Shown here in pieces: positions 9,430 to 18,774 of a stretch of 55,691 bases of DNA. The notes under the pieces are model-generated. The model ran no database searches. It was not told the origin of the DNA and was given only the letters and a program-made list of their open reading frames with translations. The stretch's first letter is position 1, and each line of letters starts with the position of its first letter. This DNA is from Candidatus Sumerlaeia bacterium (lineage in GTDB: Bacteria > Sumerlaeota > Sumerlaeia > SLMS01), in NCBI GenBank assembly GCA_038208905.1, contig JBBQYG010000006.1, positions 1 through 55,691 on the forward strand. Direction: 5' to 3'. The position numbers were made by a program, and so were the translations under genes.

Positions 9430-10493
9430 CGCGTCGCCTCTTCGCCGAGCATGCCTCCGACGGGTTTAACGAATGGATGGAGAAGTGTGTTCAGGACATC
9501 GGCGCTGATGCGAATCGCGCGCTTGGGGACAATCTCCATGCCCTGGTCCTGGGTGGCGGCTACGCGCGGGGGGAAGGCGGCGTGGTCCGCGCGGGGGGCC
9601 ACGAGGCGCCCTACAACGATTTGGATTTCGTACTGGTGGTTCACGAGCATCGAGGCAATCCATCGGGATTGCTGAGGCCCGTCTCCCATCGCCATGAGAA
9701 GACTCTCGGCATCGACGTTGACTTCAGCCGTCCCCTCACAGTGTCGGATGTCCGCCAATGGCCCCATTGGCTGATGTGGTCGGACCTCTTGGCCGCCCAT
9801 CGCGTGATTCTGGGCCCTGGCGACATTCTCACTGCAAACGCGCCGAGGGCGCTCCTTGGGTCGCCGCCACTGATCGAGGCAACGCGACTCCTCCTGAATC
9901 GCGGAGCTGGCCTGTTGTGGTCTCTCCGAATCGCAAGGGGCCTCGAAGGCGCCCGCGATGCCGATTTCATTCGCAGGAACTTGCACAAGTGCGAACTGGC
10001 GATCGGTGACTCTGTGATCATGGCGCATGGCCGTCACCAGCCCAGATATACCGGAAGGGATGCGATCCTGGAGGAGCTGCTCTCTTCCGATCAAGCGGCC
10101 CGCTGCTTCGCGAGCCTCGACGCCTATCGGGCGGCGCTCGCATTTCGCCTGGAGCCCTCATCCGCCGAGGCATCGCAGCCGAGCGAGGCTCTTCTTTCCG
10201 CGACCGCCGAGAGGTGGGTGAAGGCGTTCGTTCATCTGGAGCAACGGAGAGCGGAGCGCGACTTCACGAACTGGGAATCCTACGCGCGATGGGATGGAAT
10301 CCGCGAGGCATCCCTCAATAGCCTGGCGGAGATGCCGCGCAACCTCGTGAGGAACGCGCGCCTTGGCCGACTCTCGGCCCGCTATCCCCGGGAGCGGCTG
10401 CTGAGGACCCTGCCGGGGCTGCTTCTGCTCCGCGGCTCCCGTTGGGATACCGAGTCCTCGCAGTTTCTCCGTGAGTGGGGAAAATACAATTGA
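9426..10493 (+). CDS. Pol-beta superfamily nucleotidyltransferase-like protein
   Basis: ATGA overlap start; LVLGGGYARGEG...YNDLDFVLV (G-G/S..DxD) followed by a helical C-terminal domain. Confidence 0.7.
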   Translation: MTRRLFAEHASDGFNEWMEKCVQDIGADANRALGDNLHALVLGGGYARGEGGVVRAGGHEAPYNDLDFVLVVHEHRGNPSGLLRPVSHRHEKTLGIDVDFSRPLTVSDVRQWPHWLMWSDLLAAHRVILGPGDILTANAPRALLGSPPLIEATRLLLNRGAGLLWSLRIARGLEGARDADFIRRNLHKCELAIGDSVIMAHGRHQPRYTGRDAILEELLSSDQAARCFASLDAYRAALAFRLEPSSAEASQPSEALLSATAERWVKAFVHLEQRRAERDFTNWESYARWDGIREASLNSLAEMPRNLVRNARLGRLSARYPRERLLRTLPGLLLLRGSRWDTESSQFLREWGKYN

Positions 10494-11422
10494 GCGCATC
10501 CTTGGCAGAACGATTCTCCGGCGTTCTGGGCTCCGACGTCACGGGTGTCACCCTGCTGGCGGAGAACAAATACTGCGGCATCCATCAAGGGACCTCCGCG
10601 GGAAAACCCGTGATCTTCAAGCAGTACAAAACCGAGGACGACAAGCTGGCTCGGCTGGAGGCGGATGGAATCAGCTTCTACCATTCGATCGCTTCCGAAC
10701 GCGAGACCCTCATCGACTCGAAAGTTCTCGGCTACGATGCGGCGCAGAAAATCATCGCGATCTCCTTCGTGCCGGGAGCGCGGCTCTCGGACTTCCTGCG
10801 CTCAGTGGCGGGGAGCCGTGATCGGTGGGCCGAGGGAGTCCACGCGATGGAGGTCCTCGGGTCGTTCCTCTCCGAGATGCGCTCAAGGACGAAGCGGGAA
10901 GGTGAACCGCTCGATCCTTTTCACTTCGAGTATCTGCGTTACGCCTCGAGTCGCCTTGCCTCGCTGCCAATTGTCGGGTCCGTGTTCTTTCGCAATGCAT
11001 TAATAGAGGCCGAAGGCCTGATCGATAGGATATCCACGAGCGGAATCTCCGCATCCATGGCCCACGGGGACTTCGTCCTCCGAAACATTCACATCGATGG
11101 GGCGAAGGTCGGCGTGATCGATTTTGCCAATACGATCAAGGCTAGCAGCCCGCTAAACGATCTCTGCAATCTGTGGCAGGGACTGGAGAACATGTTCCTC
11201 CCGGCCGAGTTCAGAAGTTTGCTCTGGGAAGGCGTCGCCCGTGGATTCGGATCGATGCCGTTCGACGAGGCCGAGGAGCAATTCTTTCACGAGTATCATC
11301 GCCGCCGCTGGTTAATGCTGAACTGGAAAACAGGGGATCCACGGCGGTGGCTGAAAGCCGTCCGGGGAATGATGACATTCGCCAAGCCGTGGGAATCGGG
11401 CGTGGGAGTTATCGCGAAATGA
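10490..11422 (+). CDS. APH/choline-kinase-like phosphotransferase
   Basis: VIFKQY..E, HGDFVLRNI, VIDF, DL motifs; TTGA overlap start. Confidence 0.8.
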   Translation: MSASLAERFSGVLGSDVTGVTLLAENKYCGIHQGTSAGKPVIFKQYKTEDDKLARLEADGISFYHSIASERETLIDSKVLGYDAAQKIIAISFVPGARLSDFLRSVAGSRDRWAEGVHAMEVLGSFLSEMRSRTKREGEPLDPFHFEYLRYASSRLASLPIVGSVFFRNALIEAEGLIDRISTSGISASMAHGDFVLRNIHIDGAKVGVIDFANTIKASSPLNDLCNLWQGLENMFLPAEFRSLLWEGVARGFGSMPFDEAEEQFFHEYHRRRWLMLNWKTGDPRRWLKAVRGMMTFAKPWESGVGVIAK

Positions 11423-12882
11423 CCATGGCTTCCCTGCTTGGCATTCTGGTCTTCGTCATCGGCGTGCCGGCGGTCGCCGCATGCCTCTTCGCTTTTCCCC
11501 ACAAGCGGCGATTGTTCCTGAGCGTGATGGTCTTTTCGATTTGCTACGTCAAGAAGCCACTCTATCAGGAGGTCTTCTTCGTCAACTATCGCGGAGTCGA
11601 TCGGGGATTCGCCGTCACGGTGCCCGATCTCTTGTTCTTTGGATTCCTCGCATGGATGATGGCGGGTGGCCTGCGGGAGAAGATCCGCTGGCTCCCCTTC
11701 AATTCCATACCCTGGTTCCTGCTGATCATCGTTTCGGGATTCTCGCTGATAGGAAGTATCGAACCCCTCTATGGCCTCTTCACGATCCACAAGTTCATTC
11801 GCTGCTGGATTCTCTACCTTGTCATCGTGAATCTGGTGCGGGATCGCGCGGATGTGATGGCGGTGCTCACGGCGCTGGCTGCCTGCGTCGTATTCGAGGG
11901 ATGCAACGTCCTCTGGGCGAAGTATATCACCAAGGAGGTGGTCGCGCGGTCGCTTGGCACATTTCGCCACCCGAATACCCTGGCAATGTTCACGGATCTG
12001 ATCCTTCCCTTGTTGATGGGCTCACTGATGGCGGGGGCGCTGATACGGAAGCAGCGAATCCTCTTCTCGGCGGCGCTGCTCTTGGGATTCGTCGCGGTTC
12101 TATTCACCAAGTCGCGGGCCGCGATGATTCTGTTGCCAATGTCGCTTGGAACGGTGGCACTGATCTCCGTGGCCATGCGGCCGACCGGTCGCAAATTTGG
12201 GATTCTGCTGATCGGCGTCGCCGCGATTGGGATTATTACCCTGTTGGCGCTCCCGCGCCTCATTAAGCGATTCGAGTCGGCGCCGAAGGAATCCGCGGAG
12301 ACGCGCGGGTACTTCAACGATGCCGCGAAGGCGATGGCGAACGAGAACCTCTTCGGCGTGGGCATCAACCTGTTCTCCCACTCGCTCGCGGAGAGCGACT
12401 ACTATTGGTATGTCTATCCCGACAAGACCGAGGTCGATGACCCCGAGGCATTCCGGGAGACAACCCAGGGCCAGAGCCGCCTTGGAACGGCACACCACAT
12501 CTATTGGCTCTATGCGGCGGAGACCGGCTACCCCGGGCTTCTGGCGTTTCTGCTGCATACCGGTTTGTTCTCCGCCTACAATCTTATCTACTTCCTGAGG
12601 GAGAAGGATCACCTCTTCAAGTCCATCCTGCTCGGCATGCTTGTCGGCACAACGATCCACCACCTCCATGGCGTGCTGGAATGGATCTTTCGACAAACGG
12701 AGGTCCAGTATCTCTACTTCGTCCTGATGGGTACAATGGTGGCAATGGTGGCGATTCGCCGCCGGGAAATGGCGGGGCCACCATCATCGCGCGGCAAGTT
12801 ATCCAGACCATTGAAACGGGTTTCGATTGTCCCCAAGCCCGTCATGGCGGACCGTCCATCTGCGACAGGGGTGCCTCTTTGA
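11419..12882 (+). CDS. O-antigen ligase/polymerase (Wzy_C) family membrane protein
   Basis: GTFRHPNTLA, FTKSRAA, FGVGIN, AHHIYWLYAAETG; multiple TM helices. Confidence 0.85.
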   Translation: MTMASLLGILVFVIGVPAVAACLFAFPHKRRLFLSVMVFSICYVKKPLYQEVFFVNYRGVDRGFAVTVPDLLFFGFLAWMMAGGLREKIRWLPFNSIPWFLLIIVSGFSLIGSIEPLYGLFTIHKFIRCWILYLVIVNLVRDRADVMAVLTALAACVVFEGCNVLWAKYITKEVVARSLGTFRHPNTLAMFTDLILPLLMGSLMAGALIRKQRILFSAALLLGFVAVLFTKSRAAMILLPMSLGTVALISVAMRPTGRKFGILLIGVAAIGIITLLALPRLIKRFESAPKESAETRGYFNDAAKAMANENLFGVGINLFSHSLAESDYYWYVYPDKTEVDDPEAFRETTQGQSRLGTAHHIYWLYAAETGYPGLLAFLLHTGLFSAYNLIYFLREKDHLFKSILLGMLVGTTIHHLHGVLEWIFRQTEVQYLYFVLMGTMVAMVAIRRREMAGPPSSRGKLSRPLKRVSIVPKPVMADRPSATGVPL

Positions 12883-15170
12883 CGCCAGACGATGTCCCAA
12901 TCGAAACGACCGCGGAAGGTGAAGCGACGGGCGGAGCCGGACTCCCGGTGGATCCCCGGGCAATTGCCTTGGCCCTCTGGACGATCCGCTGGCCGCTTGC
13001 TATCGGAGTAGCGTCTTCGCTCGTTATCGGTCTCGCCTTGGCGATGATCTTCGCCAAGCGCAGCTATACAGCCGAGACATTGATGCTGTATCAGGCACCG
13101 CCGGAGCAGACGCCGGAGGCGGCGACTATGCCGTCCCTTCTGACGCTCCTGAACATGGTCAAACTTCCATCAAATCTGGAGACGGTGATCGCGCAGTTGG
13201 ATCTCGGCGTCGATACCCGCACCCTCGGCGGGGCGACGAAGGTTGAGCTCCAGCCAAAGACGACTCTCGTGATGATCAGTGCCTCGTGGGAGAACGCCCG
13301 CAAGGCATCCGAAATCGCCAATGCCCTTCGCGACACGTTTCTGCAAACGCAGACCCGCCTGAGGCGCAACGATGCCGAGACAAGGGTGCATGATCTGACC
13401 ACGCGAATCGACGCCGTGAGTGCGAAGATGGCGGTCGCCGAGGACAAGCTCCGCGCGTTCACCAAGGAGAACCGCGTGGTGCACCTCTCCGAGGAGGCCC
13501 GCGCCCTGTTGGACGAGCTTTCATCGGTGAACCTGCTTTACGAGCAGGCCCGCATCGACAAGCGTTCCACGGAGCTCCAGGCGGCCAATGCCGACCGCCT
13601 GATCAAGGAGCTGCAGGATGAGATGGCCAAGGAGCAGCAATCCCAGGCCGCGCTGAGCGATGCGCTGAGCGAGACGAACATCCGCATCCAGCGGCTTCGC
13701 GAGTCGATCATGGACGACCGGGAGACGCGGGCCAACTACGCCCTCCTCGAGGAAGCGAGGCTCAATCTTGACCGCGCAACCAAGGCCCACGAGACGGGGG
13801 CGATCTCCCAGGAAGTGCTCGGCGAGGCTGTTGCCAAGCTGAAGATCATCGAGGCGCGGGCCGTCGATTCGCCGCAAGTCGCCGGATGGAAGAAGGAAAT
13901 CGAGGTGCTGGACAGCAAGGTGATCCCAAGTGGCGGCGGCAGCGGCGGCGTGACCGGCAACCTCCTGAAGGACATCATGTTCCGCTCGTTCGAGATTCGC
14001 CTTCAGCAGACAACGGTGACAGAGCGGGTGGACGCCCTTGCGGAGGCGCGAAAGCGCGTGGACGATCGGCTCGCCCGGTTGCCGGACTTGCAGCGGACCT
14101 TTGCCCAGCTGACGCGCGACGTGAGTACGCTGGAGGCGGAGGCGGGCCTCCTGGAGCAACGCTTGGGGGAGGCCAATCGCCTCCTTGAAGCAAGCGCGCT
14201 CCCGTTCACACTGGTCTCCGAAGCAATGCCGCCGCCCCGATCCTCGAAGTCCAACGCCAAGCTGCTGGCCGCGGGGGTGACGATTCTCCTGGGCGCGATT
14301 GTACTGGGTGCTGGTGTCCTCATCGCGGTGCTTGATCCGCGAATTCGCACGCGTCGCGAATTGGAAATCGCGCTCCGCCAGGTCACTGTACTCTGCGAGA
14401 TTCCTGCGCGTCCCGAATCCCAAACACCGTTGATCTCCGACGAATCAGAGGACGATTTGACGGAGATCTATCGCGCGGCGGCACGCCACCTGCGCACGCT
14501 GCTTCCCCAGCAAGGCGCCCGGCTACTGGTGACGGCGCCGGGGCACGGCGAAGGAACGAGCACCATCGCGGTCAATCTTGCGGCGATTCTTGGTCGCTGG
14601 GGGGAAAGAGTCCTCCTTGTTGATGCAAATCTGAGGGACGAGACCCCCGGCCCGGAAGCGCAGCCGCGTGCCGCCGGATGGCGAGGCATCCTGCGGATCG
14701 CAACGAGCAAGGGAGTCTTGTCGAACGGAACGGCGGGCGATTCCCCGCTCCGTGGATTGCTGAAGAATGATCCGGAGATTGGATTGTCGCATCTGCTGGA
14801 GGATGCTTCGCTGCCGCTCTCGCGTGCAGTGGTTCCAACACACCTAATGAATGTGTCCGCGGTCGTTCACGCATCAAGAACCGCATCGCCAGACCTGCTG
14901 GCGACGGAACGCTTCCGGTCGCTGCTCGCGGAGGCGTCGCGGTCTTTCACGATCGTGCTGGTTGATGGTCCTCCCGTGCTTGCTTCCGTCGACGCGGAGA
15001 ATGTCGCGCTGGCGGTGGACGGAATCGTGCTGGTGGTGAAGGCGATGGGTCCATTCGGCATGGCGGTGCGCGGGGCCACCGAGCCATTCGCCCGCCTGGG
15101 CAAGCCCATCACCGGAGGAGTCCTCACGGGCGTCGCCGCGCTGTATGCCTCGGGCGCGAGTTCCAAGTAG
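12879..15170 (+). CDS. Wzc/GumC-like polysaccharide co-polymerase with degenerate BY-kinase domain
   Basis: Two TM helices flanking a long coiled coil; TAPGHGEGTST (Walker A Lys replaced), LLVDAN, IVLVDGPP; TTGA overlap start. Confidence 0.85.
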   Translation: MTPDDVPIETTAEGEATGGAGLPVDPRAIALALWTIRWPLAIGVASSLVIGLALAMIFAKRSYTAETLMLYQAPPEQTPEAATMPSLLTLLNMVKLPSNLETVIAQLDLGVDTRTLGGATKVELQPKTTLVMISASWENARKASEIANALRDTFLQTQTRLRRNDAETRVHDLTTRIDAVSAKMAVAEDKLRAFTKENRVVHLSEEARALLDELSSVNLLYEQARIDKRSTELQAANADRLIKELQDEMAKEQQSQAALSDALSETNIRIQRLRESIMDDRETRANYALLEEARLNLDRATKAHETGAISQEVLGEAVAKLKIIEARAVDSPQVAGWKKEIEVLDSKVIPSGGGSGGVTGNLLKDIMFRSFEIRLQQTTVTERVDALAEARKRVDDRLARLPDLQRTFAQLTRDVSTLEAEAGLLEQRLGEANRLLEASALPFTLVSEAMPPPRSSKSNAKLLAAGVTILLGAIVLGAGVLIAVLDPRIRTRRELEIALRQVTVLCEIPARPESQTPLISDESEDDLTEIYRAAARHLRTLLPQQGARLLVTAPGHGEGTSTIAVNLAAILGRWGERVLLVDANLRDETPGPEAQPRAAGWRGILRIATSKGVLSNGTAGDSPLRGLLKNDPEIGLSHLLEDASLPLSRAVVPTHLMNVSAVVHASRTASPDLLATERFRSLLAEASRSFTIVLVDGPPVLASVDAENVALAVDGIVLVVKAMGPFGMAVRGATEPFARLGKPITGGVLTGVAALYASGASSK

Positions 15171-15171
15171 A

Positions 15172-16380
15172 TTGAGGATACTATTCCTGTCCAATCTGTA
15201 TCCTCCCCAATACCTTGGCGGATACGAGTTGCTGGCCCGGGAAGCAGCGGTGGAGTTCACACGGAGGGGGCACGATGTCCGAGTCCTGACGAGCACCCAC
15301 GGTGTCGGCGCTCCCTCAAGCGAGCACATCGAGGGTGTTCGCGTTGATCGTCGGCTGGAATTGGAGGTTCCATTTGATCGCCGCTATCAGTTCCGCGCCG
15401 CGAGACGATGGCAAACCGCCGTCGGGAATCGTCGGGAGATGCGCCGGTCGCTGCGCTCCTTCCGCCCCGACGTGGTGTTTGCGTGGAGCCAGCTTCGCCT
15501 GACACTGGCGCCTGTTCTGGAGGCCACCGCCGTGGGCATCCCCCTGGTCTGGTCCTTCAACGATGCAAATCTGCTTAGCTATCGCGATGCGCCATTCAGC
15601 AAATCGCATCGGGGGCGAATCAGATGGCTCCTCTCACGCTGGTTCCTGCCGGGGAGCAGCCCGCGAGCGCTTTCCTTCGCCCACGCCGCCGTCATTAGCA
15701 ATAGCCTGAGGGAAGACCTTGTTGCCGGTGGACTTCCCCTGCAGGGAGCGACACTCATCCATCAGGGCATACCCACCGATCAGTTTCCTCCCCGGCAAGA
15801 CATCGGAGCGATTGCCTCGCCCATGCGAGTGTGTTACATAGGGCAGTTGCAATCCTACAAGGGGGTGCACGTGGTTCTCAACGCCGTCTCCATCTATGCA
15901 TCCCGGCACGGTCCCGAATCCGTGAGCCTGACAATCGTGGGAAGTGGACCCGCCGACTATGTGGCCAGCCTGCGGGCGATTTCCGAAACCACCAATGCGA
16001 AGGTGGCGATCCTGGATCGCATGCCGAGGGAGCAATTGTCGGCGACCTATCGCGCGCACGACGTCTTTGTGTTTCCATCAAGTTGGCGCGAGCCATTCGG
16101 CCTGACGCATCTGGAGGCGATGGCCTCGGGCCTTCCCGTGGTCAGCACCATGGACGGCGGCCAGGCGGAGTTCCTGCGCCCGGAGGAGAATTGCCTGGCA
16201 TGCCCCCGCGAGGACGCGGAGGCGCTCTGCGGGTGCCTCGAACGCCTGAAGAACGATCCATCGCTTGCGGAGCGAATTGCGCTGGCCGGTCGCGAGTTGG
16301 TCCTTGAAGAGTATACAACGAGTCGATATCTTCGCGAGCTTGAGGAGTTTGTCGTAGGCTCCGTGAAGAGCGATTCATGA
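15172..16380 (+). CDS. Glycosyltransferase family 4
   Basis: MRILFLSNLYPP..GGYE, KGVH, EPFGLTHLEAMASG; TTG start. Confidence 0.9.
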   Translation: MRILFLSNLYPPQYLGGYELLAREAAVEFTRRGHDVRVLTSTHGVGAPSSEHIEGVRVDRRLELEVPFDRRYQFRAARRWQTAVGNRREMRRSLRSFRPDVVFAWSQLRLTLAPVLEATAVGIPLVWSFNDANLLSYRDAPFSKSHRGRIRWLLSRWFLPGSSPRALSFAHAAVISNSLREDLVAGGLPLQGATLIHQGIPTDQFPPRQDIGAIASPMRVCYIGQLQSYKGVHVVLNAVSIYASRHGPESVSLTIVGSGPADYVASLRAISETTNAKVAILDRMPREQLSATYRAHDVFVFPSSWREPFGLTHLEAMASGLPVVSTMDGGQAEFLRPEENCLACPREDAEALCGCLERLKNDPSLAERIALAGRELVLEEYTTSRYLRELEEFVVGSVKSDS

Positions 16381-17621
16381 AGACCATCCACGTGCCGCGG
16401 CGCTTCACACGCTCCCACTGGGGCGGTACCGAAACAGTGATTCTGCAAACATGCCGGCAGCTTTCCGCCTTGGGCCACGAGGCGCGGATCGTGACGCCGC
16501 AGGCCCTCTCCGATACGCGGCGGGAGGTGATCGACGGCGTCCCGGTGGAGCGCTTTCCCTATTTGTATCCATGGTTTGGACTCTCCCCCGAATCGAAGCG
16601 CCGTCTGGATCAAAAGGGCGGGAACCTCTTCTCCTTCTCCCTGATGCGCGCGCTGAGTGCGGAGAAGGGCATCGATGTGCTGCACCTCCACACGGCGAAG
16701 CGCCTGGGCGGCATCGTCCGCCACGTAGCCCTCAAGAAGCGTATTCCCTATGTCATCTCCGTCCATGGGGGACTGCTGGACGTCCCCGCGGCGGAGGCAG
16801 CCACGTTTGCCGAACCGACCAAGGGGAAGGCCGAGTGGGGAAAGCTGCTGGGTTGGTGGGTGGGCTCGCGGCGTGTCTTCGACGATGCCAGCGCAATTCT
16901 GTGCCTTGGCACGGAGGAGCTCCGCCTGGTGCAGGCCCGCTATCCCCGCGCCCGCGCGATCCAGTTTCCAAATGGCGTTGATGCGGAACGATTCGCGACC
17001 GGCGATGGTCGCGCCTTTCGCGAGAAGTATCATCTCCCACTCGAAGTCCCGGTGATTCTGGTCATGGGGCGCATCGACGGCCAGAAGAACCAGAGGCTGG
17101 CGGTGGAGGCGCTGGTGGCGTTGAAACTGAAGGGGATAAGGACCCACCTGCTTCTGGTGGGTCATGTGACCGACGACGCCTATGAGTCGGGCCTACGCAA
17201 GCTGATCACCGAGAAGGGACTTGAGAGCAATGTCACGCTCATTCCCGGGATCCCTTCGTCGAGCCCGGACCTCGTGAACGCCTTCCATGCCGCCGACGTG
17301 TTCCTCCTTCCGTCCATTCATGAGCCATTTGGAATCGTGATCCTGGAGGCCTGGGCGGCGGGCCTGCCGGTGGTGGCAAGTCGCGTGGGTGGTGTTCCAT
17401 CGTTTGTGGAGGATGGCGTGGACGGGTTGCTCTTCGAGAGTGGCAACCTTGACCAGGTCGTGGCCGCGATGGAGGCACTTCTTGCGAATCGCGAGCGGGC
17501 TCAATCAATCGCCGACGCGGGACGACAGAAGGCGACGCAGAAGTTCAGTTGGTCGAGCATCACAACGCAGTTGGTACGTCTCTACGAGGAGGTGATCCGT
17601 GAAAATCCTCTTCGTAAATGA
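16377..17621 (+). CDS. Glycosyltransferase family 4
   Basis: GGTE, GRIDGQKNQ, EPFGIVILEAWAAG. Confidence 0.9.
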   Translation: MKTIHVPRRFTRSHWGGTETVILQTCRQLSALGHEARIVTPQALSDTRREVIDGVPVERFPYLYPWFGLSPESKRRLDQKGGNLFSFSLMRALSAEKGIDVLHLHTAKRLGGIVRHVALKKRIPYVISVHGGLLDVPAAEAATFAEPTKGKAEWGKLLGWWVGSRRVFDDASAILCLGTEELRLVQARYPRARAIQFPNGVDAERFATGDGRAFREKYHLPLEVPVILVMGRIDGQKNQRLAVEALVALKLKGIRTHLLLVGHVTDDAYESGLRKLITEKGLESNVTLIPGIPSSSPDLVNAFHAADVFLLPSIHEPFGIVILEAWAAGLPVVASRVGGVPSFVEDGVDGLLFESGNLDQVVAAMEALLANRERAQSIADAGRQKATQKFSWSSITTQLVRLYEEVIRENPLRK

Positions 17622-18774
17622 GAAGCTTGGCTGGTTTGGCGGCGTGGAGCAGAATGTTGGAGACACCGCGGACGGACTCCGTGCCGCCGGGCATTCCTGT
17701 TTCCTCGCCTGGGGCGAGAAGACGATTCGAAACCCGGATGGCTTCGCCCAACTCTTCGAGGGGACGGCCCCATGTCGCGAGCTAGGCGCCGCGGGCGGCG
17801 AGTCGCTCGGCGCGATCGCCAGCCGGTTCGCGGTAGACATGATCTACTTCCACAAGATCGGGCACATCCCGACGCGCGCGGAACTGGGAGTAAACCTTCC
17901 ATTGGCGCGAATGGTCCACGACCACGATCTGTGCTGCCCGCGTCACCACAAGTACTTCGTCCACAACGCCCATGTATGCCATCACCCGGCGGGCTGGCGG
18001 TGCTGGATCGACCTCGCATGGGTCCATCGCGCGCCGGGCACGCCGCTGGGAGTTACATTCGGCGGGCTCCGCGCGCACCGGGCGGAGCGCGAGCGAAACC
18101 ACACGCTCGATCTCTGCCTTGTGGGGAGCCGGTTCATGAAGCGCGAACTCGAGATGAACGGATTCGCCCCCGAACGTGTATACATCCTTCCGCCCGTGGT
18201 GAAGAGAGTCCCCCGGGAACCAGCACCGATGCCGGACGAACCCCACATCCTCTTCGTGGGGCAGCTCATCCGCGGGAAGGGTGTGGACCTCCTGCTGGAG
18301 GCCATCGCGAAGCTCCCCCCGCAGTACGGCGCCACCATTGTGGGAGAAGGGAATGCCCGGGAGGGCCTGCAAGCGCGCGCGCAGGAGCTCGGCCTCGCGA
18401 ATCGTGTTCGATTCACGGGTTGGGTGCCGAATGAATCGCTCGACAAATACTACGCCCATGCGAGAGTATTGGCGGTTCCAGTTCGCTGGCCGGAACCGTT
18501 TGGCATGATCGGGCTCGAAGCCATGCATCACGGGCGCCCCGTTGTGGCTTTCGCCACCGGGGGCATTCCCGACTGGCTCGACGATGGCAAGACGGGGTTC
18601 CTGATCGGCGAGCGCGACGTGGAGGGCTTTGCCGCGGGTCTGCTGAAACTGCTGGAGGACAAGGACCTGGCGACGCGCCTTGGGCAGAATGGCTGGGAGA
18701 AGGTCAAGTCGGAGTACTCCTTCGACGGTTACGTCAGGAGCTTGGTCACCTTGCTGGAAAAAGTCAGCCAATGA
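17599..18774 (+). CDS. Glycosyltransferase family 4
   Basis: GGVE, HDHDLCCP, GQLIRGKG, EPFGMIGLEAM. Confidence 0.9.
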   Translation: MKILFVNEKLGWFGGVEQNVGDTADGLRAAGHSCFLAWGEKTIRNPDGFAQLFEGTAPCRELGAAGGESLGAIASRFAVDMIYFHKIGHIPTRAELGVNLPLARMVHDHDLCCPRHHKYFVHNAHVCHHPAGWRCWIDLAWVHRAPGTPLGVTFGGLRAHRAERERNHTLDLCLVGSRFMKRELEMNGFAPERVYILPPVVKRVPREPAPMPDEPHILFVGQLIRGKGVDLLLEAIAKLPPQYGATIVGEGNAREGLQARAQELGLANRVRFTGWVPNESLDKYYAHARVLAVPVRWPEPFGMIGLEAMHHGRPVVAFATGGIPDWLDDGKTGFLIGERDVEGFAAGLLKLLEDKDLATRLGQNGWEKVKSEYSFDGYVRSLVTLLEKVSQ

